Shown here one piece after another: positions 23,901-35,600 of a stretch of 64,000 nt of DNA (the first letter of the stretch is position 1; each line of letters opens with the position of its first letter). Position numbers and translations under genes: made by a program. Below the pieces are notes generated by a model. That model worked only from the letters and a program-made list of their open reading frames with translations. It had not been told where the DNA came from and did no database searches. The stretch is from Phoronis australis (lineage: Eukaryota > Animalia > Phoronida), in assembly GCA_002633005.1 (NCBI GenBank), contig NMRA01000007.1, positions 2,131,839 through 2,195,838 of the forward strand. The letters are read 5' to 3'.

Positions 23901-26900
23901 ACTGTCAAACGCAGAAATCACATCTCTCATTGAGGACCAAGTTGAGACCAACTTCATAATAAGTGGTATAAATCAAAGGTTGTTCAGAGATGCTTAAATC
24001 TATAAACCAGTTTACTCAACCATACAAAAATGCTGCAAGTATTTTCATCTACGACAGAAACTGATTTCTATCCTAAAAGAGACCAGTCAGACTATCGGAA
24101 AATAAAAAAGAGTGTAAAATTCATATAATAATTTTGACAAGGTTATCCAAAACCAATTTTGTTGGCTTCATGACAATCGTAAGCTGAGGGCTCTCTCATA
24201 TCCCTTTCATCGTAGAAACAAATTGCTATCTTGGAAGATGGTACTTTGTGAGCAACTCGTTGACATTCTGTCTATTTCATTATTTCTAAGTTCGAGTCGT
24301 ATTAGAAGGAAGGTATACCGTAACGCGTACATCAATTACGCTTCACGTAGAGATCTGCAATTGTCAATGTAAGCCAAAATTGTCTGTAATCTATAAAATT
24401 TAAAGCCCCGGTTCACTCAAAAAGTTACTTAGATTTTGTTCGCTAGTATGAGACTTGAAATCAAGTGCTATTATCCGCATGAGGAATTATAAGACGTACT
24501 GATTCTATTCTCAAACACTAAAAAGGGTTCTATAGTGATGAAACAGTGGCTACGTACGTTTGAAGAAAGATCGTACCTCCAAATGATAGAGAGTTTTTAA
24601 GGTTCTATAAGATCTTAAGAAAAACGCCCAAATTTGGATAACTTGGAAACATCATATCTCAGGAATGGTATATCGGTTGCATATGAAACTTTCAGATACC
24701 ATTAATGTAATCTCCAAAACGGTGTTAGGAATTGTTTTTCAAAATTTTCCACTTTTGCACGAGGGGATATCAAAAATAGATAAGTCAGAAAACTGTAACA
24801 GCGTTTTGAGATCTTGTCTTGAACATTTAATATCAAGCGAAATTTACAATGTTCTTGACACCGTTGCTTTCCTGTGAATGTACCTTTCTTTTTTGATAAA
24901 TGTTATGATCAAATGGTCATGTGACACCATTAATGGCAGTTCATTGGCCTAAATACACAGACTTGTCGATAAGGCCCTACTTTAAATTACTGTATTTTAG
25001 CAATCCTCTACGATGTGATTGTGATCTTTACAAGGTGAGCAGTACGTACCCTTTCATCATAAAGGGGACGTGTACTTCAACAGGGGGAGACACTTACACA
25101 CTACAGGTGGTCGAATCAAAACAGCTCTCCTACAGCACATCACTGATGAAACTGGGGAGGGAGATGTGCAAACCAACGTAAGTTAACAGGAAATTGGAGA
25201 TTTTTATTGTAAGCAAAGCCGTGCTTGTCGAGCAAATTGGGCTTGCTAATAATTTTTAAATGGTTGAAAAAATGTTCTATTTCATATGAATTATGAAATT
25301 GATTCTCTATTGTCAAGGCAAGGAATTTTTTGTGTAATAAGATAGGCTTGACATACTTCTCATTTCACGCGCGGTAAGTGGGACGAAAGTACAGCTTCAA
25401 ACCTTTGACACAAAAAACAAAAAATCCCATGTTAGGTAATCCTCGACAAGGAACAAAATGAAAAGCTTGGCAACTCCTTACAGCTAGCGTGGCTAACGCT
25501 TTGGGAAAGTCGCTAAAGCTTTATTTTGTCCTGTTTATCTGGCTAAAAACTAAAACAGAATCGGGCCCTTTACCCTCATAAAATCGGTCTCATAATATTT
25601 CTTCCCGTGAAAGAATTCTATTTCCGTTATCAGCAAGAATATCACACCATCAGCAACTCAAGAAAACGGATCAGATTTTATTGGGTTTGGGTAATCCTAA
25701 AATTTCAAATTCGATATGGTACACATACTCATTGTCTGTGACTAGCAGTGGTAACAGAAATGTAACCCTCTCACAGTAAGGGGTGTCACGAGACCTACAC
25801 TATGAGTGTAAAAGACCAGTGATTAAAATTTCGCTTTTAACCAGCTGAAACAGGGCAAAATGCAATGGCTGTGGATAAAACCGCCAAAATCTAACTACAG
25901 AAAATCACAAAGTACACTTTAAATTTTGAAGGAAAACACAACAGCAGTGTCAAATATCGTCTTAATGTAAAAGGACGAAAGATAACAATCCACTTTAGAA
26001 CGGTTGCTTTGAAAATGGTGTCAGATCACTGCTCCAAAAAGTTTCAATGGAAAGCTACTCCAGTAAGTTGAACTAAAGCGTTTTTATGCGCTCACATATT
26101 TATATGTGGACGCATTATGCCGTCACCTCCGCCCGTCTGTCCGACCGGGCGGCGTCCGCTGCTCTATCTCCAAAACCCTTAGACATACGTTCATGAAATT
26201 TGACACATATGTTCCATTTATGAATGGGACGGCATGAACGAACTTTCGGAGGGATCCGACTACCGGTGTGTCCCCTAGTGGCAATTTTAGTTTTTTACGC
26301 TTACCTTTGTATCTTCAAGTCCTGAACGGATTTTCATGAAATTTAGTATGTACGCACCTATTAGTGAGATGACGCCATCGTCCCGTTTTCGGATGGATTC
26401 GACGTAGTTTACGCCACCTGGTGGCCATTTTTACTGTTTTCGAGTCTGTTTTTTGGCGTCCGCCGTTCTATCAACTAAACCGCTCGAAGGATGGTTGTGA
26501 AAATTGGCACGTATGTGCTTACTATAAAGAGGACGGTTGGCGATGATTTTCCGACGATTTCGACAACTGTGGCGCTTCCTAGAGGCAGTTTTTTTTTGCG
26601 TCTATGGTTGTATCTCCTAAACTGTTCGCAGGATCTTTACTTAATTTAGGAAGTGTATTTATATGGTGTTGACTACGGATGACGACGACTTTCGGAGAAA
26701 TCTGACTACTGCTGTGACCCCTAGTGACAATTTTAGTTTTTTACGTTTAACTCAGTATCTTCAAAGGCAGATTCAACGGACACTGTGCCCACTAGTGGCA
26801 ATTTCATTTTATTCTGTTTTCTTTTGTTTCTCTGAAGTTCCTTGACATATTTTTATGAAATCTGTCATGTTCCTGTTTTTGGATGGATTGTATGTTTTTG

Positions 26901-27362
26901 CGCCATTTAGTGGCTATTTTTATGATACAAATAAATAACCCTAAAAGCACACCATTTGCAATGCATTCGTGGGCGCATTTCACCGCTCCGCGTTGCTCTT
27001 GTCTTGTATCACGAACACATGCAATTTCAGGCATTCGTTCACACGGAATATGACATCGTTAAGCATTCATTTCGGCGGTAATCATTATCATTATCATTAT
27101 CACTATGGTACTGGTATAATGATGATGTTACATACAATAAGACAGAAAATACTGTTACTGTTTTCCGATCCATTTCAGGAATGCCATTGATACTGGGTAT
27201 AATTGTGCGTGTCAAAGATGGACGCCTCTTATGACTATTGAAGACGAGTACAACGATTGTCTGGCTAAAATAAAAGACCCCAAGAGCAGAGGACACGACA
27301 CGCCGACATCATTCCTTACGATATTTATTGCCATAACGAGTATATATCTTATCATTCACTGA
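20879..27362 (+). CDS. Multi-exon extracellular leucine-rich-repeat protein with LRRNT/LRRCT caps and a probable GPI-anchor signal (5' exon with signal peptide not located)
   Basis: Phase-compatible exons 20879-20940, 21064-21218, 22856-23011, 23214-23529, 25001-25177 and 27179-27362 total 1050 nt with AG/GT boundaries. The protein contains IDCSGRNLTKIP, several LxxLxLxxNxI repeats, NNPLRCDCDL and the C-terminus ...SRGHDTPTSFLTIFIAITSIYLIIH*. Confidence 0.85.
21064..21218 (+). CDS. LRR gene exon (LRRNT end, first LRR)
   Basis: KIPQLKKLNIDCSGRNLTKIPD...VYEMDFKDNNIRNIPE; ttgcag| acceptor, G|GTAGG donor. Confidence 0.8.
22185..22544. mobile_element. Palindromic MITE in an LRR-gene intron
   Basis: cagggctaccatagaatcatac...gtatgattctatggtacccctg. 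The arms are made of short gaacca/gaatcatgc subrepeats and are inverted over most of the length. Confidence 0.8.
22856..23011 (+). CDS. LRR gene exon
   Basis: IPGFGKLKFSKLSLSNNDITNL...VEDLDLSMNPSLEVDGTLFK; phase 1-1. Confidence 0.85.
23214..23529 (+). CDS. LRR gene exon (4 LRRs)
   Basis: IKKLTLNNMGLTRIP...LTELHMKNNLIKKV...LTLLDLENNSISQI...FVNLNSNSL; ccacag| acceptor, |GTAAGT donor. Confidence 0.9.
25001..25177 (+). CDS. LRR gene exon (LRRCT)
   Basis: NPLRCDCDLYKV...GTC...EMCKP; ttttag| acceptor, |GTAAGT donor, phase 2-2. Confidence 0.85.
26081..27002 (+). mobile_element. DINE-1/Helentron-type non-autonomous element (family A) with internal ~150-bp repeats bearing CTCF-like motifs
   Basis: 5' tttttatgcgctcac (subTIR) plus ccgtctgtccg microsatellite; 3' gtgggcgca (inverted subTIR) plus ...cgttgctcttgt end. 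Internal motifs include gtgtcccctagtggc (26268) and cgccacctggtggcc (26412). Confidence 0.75.
27179..27362 (+). CDS. LRR gene terminal exon (Cys-containing stalk plus hydrophobic GPI-type tail)
   Basis: NAIDTGYNCACQRWTP...YNDCLAKIKDPKSRGHDTPTSFLTIFIAITSIYLIIH*; tttcag| acceptor, phase 2. Confidence 0.75.
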
Positions 27363-30010
27363 GAAGTTTTTTTAAAAGAAACTTCTCACTGAATGAATAT
27401 ATGTTAATTAAAAATTACAGTTGTTAGTAAGATATTTCTAGTTTACAAAGTTTTTATTGAGTAAACATTCTTTTTGATGTATGTTTCATTCAGCCCGATC
27501 AGTTGTACATTTTGTAGTTGGGATATTATGTGTCTAGGTCAGCTCGACTGTCACGGTTACTATAGCTACCCAAGATGAGCTACGGCAGGAGATCCGAGGG
27601 ACAAGATTTTTTCTTAAATGATTGTTAGTAAATCTTAACTTATCAATCAAAAACACTGTTACGGAGGCCAAAAGCAAGGATACCACACAAGCATACATAC
27701 GAACCTAACACAATACTCCAAATTAAACCCCTGTATTATCCGTTTGAACACGTGAATGATACGTTCATACCGCGACATCACATATTGTGAACACAAAATC
27801 ATATACACCCACCAAGTTGGGTTATAGTACACACGAACTCACTTTCTGCTATAGACATACATATCCTTAATGTTTATCTATGGTTTTTAACATGTGGTAA
27901 TGACTCAGTCATGAAAATCGTACTATGTCTTTCTTTTTGTTCGGACGACCGACAGTGCGGTTCACACGCATGGTTTTGTTAGTACGTATGACTCCGGCAA
28001 TGGTTCGCGCGAATGATTTCAATGATTTTCATGGTGTGTAAATCAAAGCTTGTGCAGATGATTGTATAAGTATTCTGGATTGAACGAATATGAAACAAGT
28101 TTAGGCAGACAAACGCACCAGAAATACCAACCGTGGACTTCATCGTGGCAAAATAGTCATACCGGTGATCCAAACACATAGACTGAACTCACGTGGCCTC
28201 GTCACTAACGATGATTAAAAATCAGTACAATGGTAAAGTTTCTTTGGTATTCGATATTACGTTGACGACTTTTTACGAAAGCGGACTGGTTCAGAAACCG
28301 CGTGGGCCGCGGCGGCTGCACACTCTTTTCTAGGGTCATGAATGGTGTCGTCACCTCTTGGTTAGCTGTTATCTGAGCACTGTATTTCTGAACTCTTGGA
28401 CTGCTATCCTATGTAAGAGCTTGATGTTGCACAAGCTCACCATACAGTGTTTGTTACTGTTCTAATTTGACGTTTTTAACCGAATACATATTATGTAAAT
28501 TAAATTTGAATTGTCGCATACATATCGTATTATATGGCTTACTTTTAATGTTGGATACCATACAAGGTGTATTAGAAAACGGACAATCCCCGCACAAATA
28601 AAAAAATTCATGTTAACTCAACGTTTCGTCTACTCATATGACATCATCAGGATATGTACAGTAAGGCAAGTGTCAATTACCGTTCAAGTCACATCCATGG
28701 GGTGAAATGAGAGTGAGAGATACAGGGAATAGTAAGTAGGTCATCACTATAGTTGTAGGGTCACTGAGCTCTGCATGTGAGAGAATCAGTAGCATGCTGG
28801 TACTTTGACAGATGTTGCTAAATTGAGTTCGCGTATAAATACCACAAATATAGCGTTCGGACACAGCCTATATCCCTTAGGCTATGGAAACATATAACAT
28901 CAAACAAGCAAACACACTTATAATCCAACAAATTCTTCCTCAGTGAACCCATTTTTTCAAAGCACTTAGTTACACTCCTCTTGCGCCATGCCTTGAAACT
29001 TTGCTATTCCAAATAGTTACAAAAAAACTGGCTACCAGATATCAGGTTTTTGAAGCGATGCATACCAGGAGTGTATTACTGAATAGCCGACTATCCGGGG
29101 TGTATGAAAGACTGGTTGGCGTTTTTAAGAATACAAATCACTGTTCTTCACAAGTCTACGCAGACTCTCGTAGGTAAAAACAAAAATGGCCGCGAGTCGG
29201 GTCACTAGGAAAACGGAAAGATATAATTCGCCACGATAAATCATAAGTGGATATATGTGTGACGAATTGCTCATTTCTCATCTCCTGCAAGTTTATTGAT
29301 CCATCGATATTTGCATTAAACAACTTAAAATGCTGATTAAGAATCCATACTTTTTGTAGTCACAAATTTCCCTTATAATATTTACGAAACATATTTATGG
29401 TCAATCCTGTCGAATCCGTATACCACAGACTACGAATAACGCTCTGCAACCCTCGACAACACTCAGTTTGATAACTTATTTCAATGTCTGCTAAAAGGGG
29501 CAAGCATAACCTACGCTTTTAGCACCCACCAAGGACCACAGTGTCCAGTTTGCGAGATAGGGGTTAGAAAGTATAGTTGATACCTGCTTTTATCTCGGGC
29601 CAATGATGCATCAACAGGTGACAACGAGCTGGATTGGTTACAATCATCAAAACAGGGTTTAGCATCCTTTTAAGCCCGGCTCATCGCCTGTGCAAAATGA
29701 GTCAAAACACAATCTTCTTCTGTTGGTGCCAAAGAGTGGGTTGCAATATGCTGTAGTTCTGGGGCTTTGGAGTAAAAATGCACTCTTCTATGGAAATGAG
29801 TACATGACAAAATGCAAAGAGAATTTCCACGACTGGGATCCTCGCTACTGGATCTCGTGTATTCATTTACACAATTCAAATAGTTGATTCTGCTTAGTAA
29901 ACTTATTACACCACAGATATTTAAATTGATACATAAAGCCCATGTCACACTCGAAAACTATTTCACAACCTGGAACTTCTTTTAAAATATTAATTGCCAG
30001 TTTTCATATA

Positions 30011-30169
30011 CCGTAATCGTTCGTGTTAACGCCCTGGGCGGTTAAATTGGCGAACCCAAAAAATCGGGGGAGGGCGGTTAACCGAGCAGTGGGCGGTTAA
30101 ATCGGAAATCCACTTAAAGTCGGGGATGGGCGGTTAACTGAACATGGGCGTTAACCCGAACGATTACGG
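30011..30169. mobile_element. Tc1/pogo-type MITE, TA TSD
   Basis: ta|ccgtaatcgttcgtgttaacgccc ... gggcgttaacccgaacgattacgg|ta; internal gggcggttaa x4. Confidence 0.85.
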
Positions 30170-31564
30170 TAAAAGTAAGCTTCTGATGAATAGTTCACAA
30201 AAGGAAAAGTCACAATTGAATATTCATATCTCAACAAGATGGCCGAAATGCAACTGAAGCAGCATGCTTTCATGCTCATTTTAATAAAGAAGAGACGGTG
30301 AAACCATTGTTATAATAGTTGAGACTAATCATACCCTCTTTAATATAAGCGGGCAGGGTCATAAGGCTGTTAACGTCCTCATTGACTACCCTTTACCTGG
30401 TTTTTCATCCCTTCATTATGAGAGGCCGGTATCAGAGCAGGTGGCCCATATTGTGGAACCAACTGTCTGTGTCACCCAGTGATGGAATTAACTGTCACTC
30501 TTGCAAATATTATGAGACCTTTATTTCACCACAGAGATATAAACGCCACAAAAACTCAACAAAAACTCTTAACAAAAAATTAAATACACTATCTGTACAA
30601 AAAATTACACCTATAAAACTCACAAAAATTCATGAATAAAAACAAAAATAAAATGAAATCAACCAAATACAAAAACATTACTCCACAATACATCATTGAC
30701 AAGATTATTCCATAATTCAATAAATAAATTATACATGAACAATTCCATAAGTACCCTAAAGCTTAACTTCCCAGTTCAAAAGTAGTCTGTAAGGATTGTC
30801 AGTCTCCTCGTGACTTGAAACCCTGCTCTTGATTAGCGAAGAAAAATGCATATCATTGATTTAGCAAATCAAACAACACATGATGCATACTGAGTACTAG
30901 ATCAGTTTGTCAAATGTTTTTGACACTGTAGTTATAATAGAAAAAATGCCAATAGAATGACACAAACATCATCAGTTTGCTATAAAACAGCAATGAACAA
31001 ATATTGTGATTAATGTCTGGCCAATACAAAGCATTGTTAGTTAATACTAGAAACTATGGGTGGCACTGCGTTATCTCCAAACCACTTTATTACCAGACTT
31101 TCAGTCATATTCAATGATGATGAGAATAGTTATGACCTGGTTGGTTCACAAACTAAAACAAGAGTAATGCAAAGCCTTGAAATGCGTCCACGGCTGCACT
31201 GCAAAAAGTACGCCTCTAGGTTCATTAGTTCATGTAATTTAATAACAATTTGACCACTGTATGAAATTTGACTGGTACTGGTGCATCCTCTGCGACACCC
31301 CTCTGCCAAGGTCCATCAAAGTATCTGTCGAGCCATTTGCCAATTAACAACAGCCAAGCAAAATCTTGTCAAAAACTAAGATAATCGAATAATCAGAGAA
31401 CAACAGTTTACAATGAGTATGTCGAACAGACAAGGTACTGAATATATACAACCAAAATATTTTGTGGGGACAAAAATGGTCAACACACATCTCAAGTACT
31501 TTTCTGTACTAGTCTTACTAAGCTTCATGTAATGAGAAGGCAAACTTAATGCCAATGATACTGA

Positions 31565-31725
31565 AAATCCTGCTCAAGCTCTAGATCCTTAGTTCAAGAA
31601 CACGATACATTCTTAGATCACATGTTCGAGAAATCCTGCTCATGCTCTAGATCCCTAGTTCAAAAAAACATGCTCCAGTCCAAGATAACTTGGTCAAGAA
31701 AACATGCCCCAGCCCTAGATCACGT
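31565..31725. repeat. Minisatellite (~34-bp unit), diverged first block
   Basis: ctagatcacttgttcaagaacacatgctccagtc-like units, ~5 copies. Confidence 0.75.
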
Positions 31726-32216
31726 CATTACGTTCCTTGTCCTGGAGTGTAAAACCAAGAAATTTTCACTATCACGATCCAATCTAGAATTACGCTCGAT
31801 AAATTCGTCAAGCACACATTCTGTGTCGGTACACAGTACTGTGGTTAAGCTGGTCAGAGCTTACAGTCGCACAAAGGAACCAACAGGTGAAAGTTAAGTC
31901 TAATTTCTCTGAAAGTCGACTGTTTTCCTGCATTCGCAGTTTTTTGGGGAAAGTATTTCATACAAAACACATTTGCTTCGCAAAATTTGTTGAAAATCGT
32001 TTGAAATTAAATATTTTTAAATAAAATCGATTAGCGTCAGGCGCACTGTTTACAACATCATTACTGGGTTACGTGAGCATCAGATAAAAGCAGACAATAA
32101 GAGAGCTGAACTATGTAAACATTGGTTTGCCACTGTCAACCTGACAATGACAAGGCTGTATCCAGACTGGCCGACCAAGCAGTCGGGATACTCAATCCAC
32201 AGCGTGGGTGCGTAAC

Positions 32217-32527
32217 GTGTTCAAGAAAACATTCTCCAGTCCCATATCACTTGCTCAACAACTCATTCTCCAGCATTTGATCACTTGTTCAAGAAATCAT
32301 TCTCCAGTCCTGGATCACATGTTCAAGAAGACACACTCGGAGCTTCCAGTCCTAGACCACTTCTTCAAAAACACATAGATCACTTATTCAAGAACACATG
32401 CTCCAGTCCAAGATCACTTGTTCAAGAACACACTCTCCACTCCTAGATCACTTGTTCAAGAACACATTCTCCTCTCCTAGATCACTTGTTCAAGAACACA
32501 TGCTCCAGCACCAGATCGTTTGTTCAA
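32217..32527. repeat. Minisatellite (34-bp unit, ~9 copies) immediately 3' of the ULK4 stop codon
   Basis: ttcaagaacacattctccagtcctagatcacttg-like units at 32421, 32455, 32489 and others. Confidence 0.9.
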
Positions 32528-32554
32528 AAAGGGAAGTACACAGGCTCTTTTTCG

Positions 32555-32624
32555 TTACAAGGGTAGTCCACTCATTTTCAGTATCTCCAATGCAAGTGAC
32601 GCCAGGGCAACATCAGCGTGGGAA
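32555..32624 (-). CDS. ULK4: ULK4 last coding exon
   Basis: SHADVALASLALEILKMSGLPL*. Confidence 0.85.
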
Positions 32625-35600
32625 CTGAAAGTAATAATTAAGAATAATAACTATAATCTTATTTTACTATTACCTCAGTAACCCATCACTACAATTACTC
32701 CCATTCATATGGCAAATTTTCGAGGATTTATTAATACTTGATGAAAATATGATGCATCCATGAGTTGTACTAGATCCACATGACGTTGTAAGAGCCGTTG
32801 TCACAGTTATTTCTCAAGTTTTTGCTGCCACAGTACAATAAAAATGGTCAACTGATGGCTAGTATGGTAAATTGTGGCAACACTAAGTGTAGAAATACCG
32901 TATACCCAGCAGCTGGCAAGAACTGCAATTTGGTGGTGCTTACGGTACAATGTCCAAAACAACCTGCGATTACTATGCTTATGCTTAAGAGACAAGTTAG
33001 AAATTCTTTCCACCAGCACAAACCTGGCTGTTTGTGACAGTTTCTTCAGTGTGTCAGCTAGCTTCGTGCCATTTGCTGCCATGTTGGCAACTCCTTCTGC
33101 ATCAGAACTGACCTGAAACATTACAACAGAACGTTTCTGCTATTGATCCTGCTACACTTAAGATCTATATGCCAGACATTTGCTATGTTATTAGTCGGTA
33201 AACCAACCTTTAAACAGGGTTGGAAGGCCGTACACTGAAAGTGTAGAACTAAGTCATACATATCACACTCAAATTGCACATCAACCTGCACACGTAAAAA
33301 TTTTGTTTGCAGGAACATCTTTATCTGAAGAAATAATACGGCGAGCCTAACTGCACGGAAAGCAAGCCCTTCGAAAGAAATTAATTCACTCAAAGATTCA
33401 ACTTTTCACTATTCACTTGTCACTCCACCATTTGCACATTTTTTGAACTCGTGAACCGAAGCATACGGTTGGGTGACTGGCTGGCATTTTGGTAACTAAA
33501 TGATGTCATTAGGTCAAAAACAGAAATTACAAGATGGCAGACGATATGATTCATTGTTGTTAAAGAAATGTATATAACCGGTAAAATTGTTTGGGGTTCC
33601 CTAACTATGTCAAGGGAATTTGATTTGGTTAGTACCAACATACAGAATAAGTATTTTCCTCCCATTCTTTTGGTCTGTGTCCATTTCACAAATCTGTGAA
33701 AAGCACTCCGATGGCCTTTCAGCTAAGTTTAAGAGCTGAGTATTGGCTGCAGTTACTATGTTATGAGTTTTAAACTTTGACAAGGCACCCACATGCGCAT
33801 ATGCATCAGTAAGGCACAATACTGATACGAGACCAAATTGTGATCATGTCAAAATCTAATGCCAGCGAAGTCACACCTGCGTCAAAAAAGAAAAGGTAAA
33901 CCCTCACCAGTCTTTTAATTATTCGCAACAGTATCTTCTGCTTTTTGCTGTCAGCCTTCCTCAGAGCTTTTTCGTAACAATCCTGTTCAACACAAACGCA
34001 ATACGTCCAAATACGTCTAAATTCCATACCTCTAAGAAATACCTTTTAGCAACAATACCACCTTATACAACAACAGCAGCAGTAGCAGTGACAGCAGCCA
34101 TAACTGGAGCTAGCAGTAGCTGCAATAGCCAGACACTGCTGCAGCAAAAGGGTTACAGCAATAACACCTTGTCAACTAATTTGATGTAAATAATGAGGAA
34201 TACAAATTTTTCAGTAATAACTACCATAAAACCTATTGAATTTAAAAAAAAAGAAAGAGAATGTTAAACAATGAGAGTTCTTACAACATGCAAGAGTCAT
34301 AATTCTTAGTGTTACAAATGTTGGAGATTTTCCAAAGCTCTTACCAGATTTTCTTTGGATAAACAATCTGAGTGTTCAGCCCCATACAACTGAATGAGCA
34401 GAGACAGAGACTTGCATGCCAAGTCACTTATATCAGAGTCTTCGTGGCACAACTGAAAATGAAAAATCACCACTTGAACAGCGGGCAATAATTACTGCAG
34501 GAAACAACGAATGAGTAACTTCACAATGAAAAAGCATTTAGATCACCGTAGGGTGAAACACCAAAATGGATTCCTAAACAAAAATAACAGTGGAAAGCAG
34601 TTTGTTCAGTGAGGTTGACGAAGGCGAGCGGACATCTGCAGGAATTTGCAGGCATGTGAGTACCTTTTACCAGCCGCCATCAGGCTCCACTCCAAAGTCA
34701 TTGTTAGCTTGTGAGACCAGGCCTGGGGTGGATTCCATAGAACATGTGTCTCGCAAAAAAGGCGAGATCACGCGAGTCAAAGGCGAGAGTTTCGTGAGTA
34801 AGCTTGTACCTTACTCGCATATGCTAGCAAAATGGCTGGTTGTCAATGACAAAATGTTAAATTCTGGGGAAAAAATCAAGGTTTCGTTCCATAAGCGATG
34901 ATTTCTTGCCACAAATACCTTGCGAGTGTTTCGTGAATACAGAACGCACCCATGATAACACTATTCAATGCTATTCAAGAACCAAACCACAATAACCCAG
35001 TTGATGCAGCGAGCTCTAACAGGTTAGGTTATGAACTGATGACTACAGGTTTATCAATGGGACATTCATGGCTCACTTTACTGAAGGGGGGGGGCAGTAG
35101 TGGTGTTGTCATATCTCACACCTACCAGCTGTGTAAGACTGCTAGTGACATCTGTAAAGGGCTTGTTAGAGAGGAGAACCTTCTCTGCCTGCTCTGCCTC
35201 GCTGGTGCCATCACCTTTGCCTGACTTTTTGGCCTGAAATCACGTAACGTTGTAAACACTTCAAGTGTATATAAATCCACATTGCGCATGTAAGCCAGAA
35301 AAGAGCTAAGGACAATTATTAGGTGAAGTTAATGATAATTTCTGTTCAACACATCATAACAGTTGATGCTGCACCTTAAAGACCCGGTAAAAGCTATGTG
35401 CTTGGCTCTGTAAGCAGTGAACAATTGTTCTCGTGAGCCAAAAGATGGCACTGGTGTACAGAGACAGGAAATTGAGTTACTCTTTAATCATTGTTGACTG
35501 CAAGCAACACTGAGTCAAACTCTGAACAACAGAAACACTTCAAAGTGATTGAAAATTGGAGCGACAAATTGGTTAGCAGAGCATAATTGGAATAAAAATA

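Noticed and set aside
29690-29887. Protein-looking 65-aa ORF (…ENFHDWDPRYWISC…)
   Set aside because: No convincing splice sites, start or recognisable family; unsupported.
32217-32527. CRISPR array (34-bp partly palindromic repeats)
   Set aside because: Units are head-to-tail without spacers, so this is a minisatellite.
32807-33023. Extension of ULK4 to the stop at 32807, as in the ORF track
   Set aside because: This is read-through into an intron; the donor after 33024 joins in phase to the conserved ADVALASLALEILK exon.
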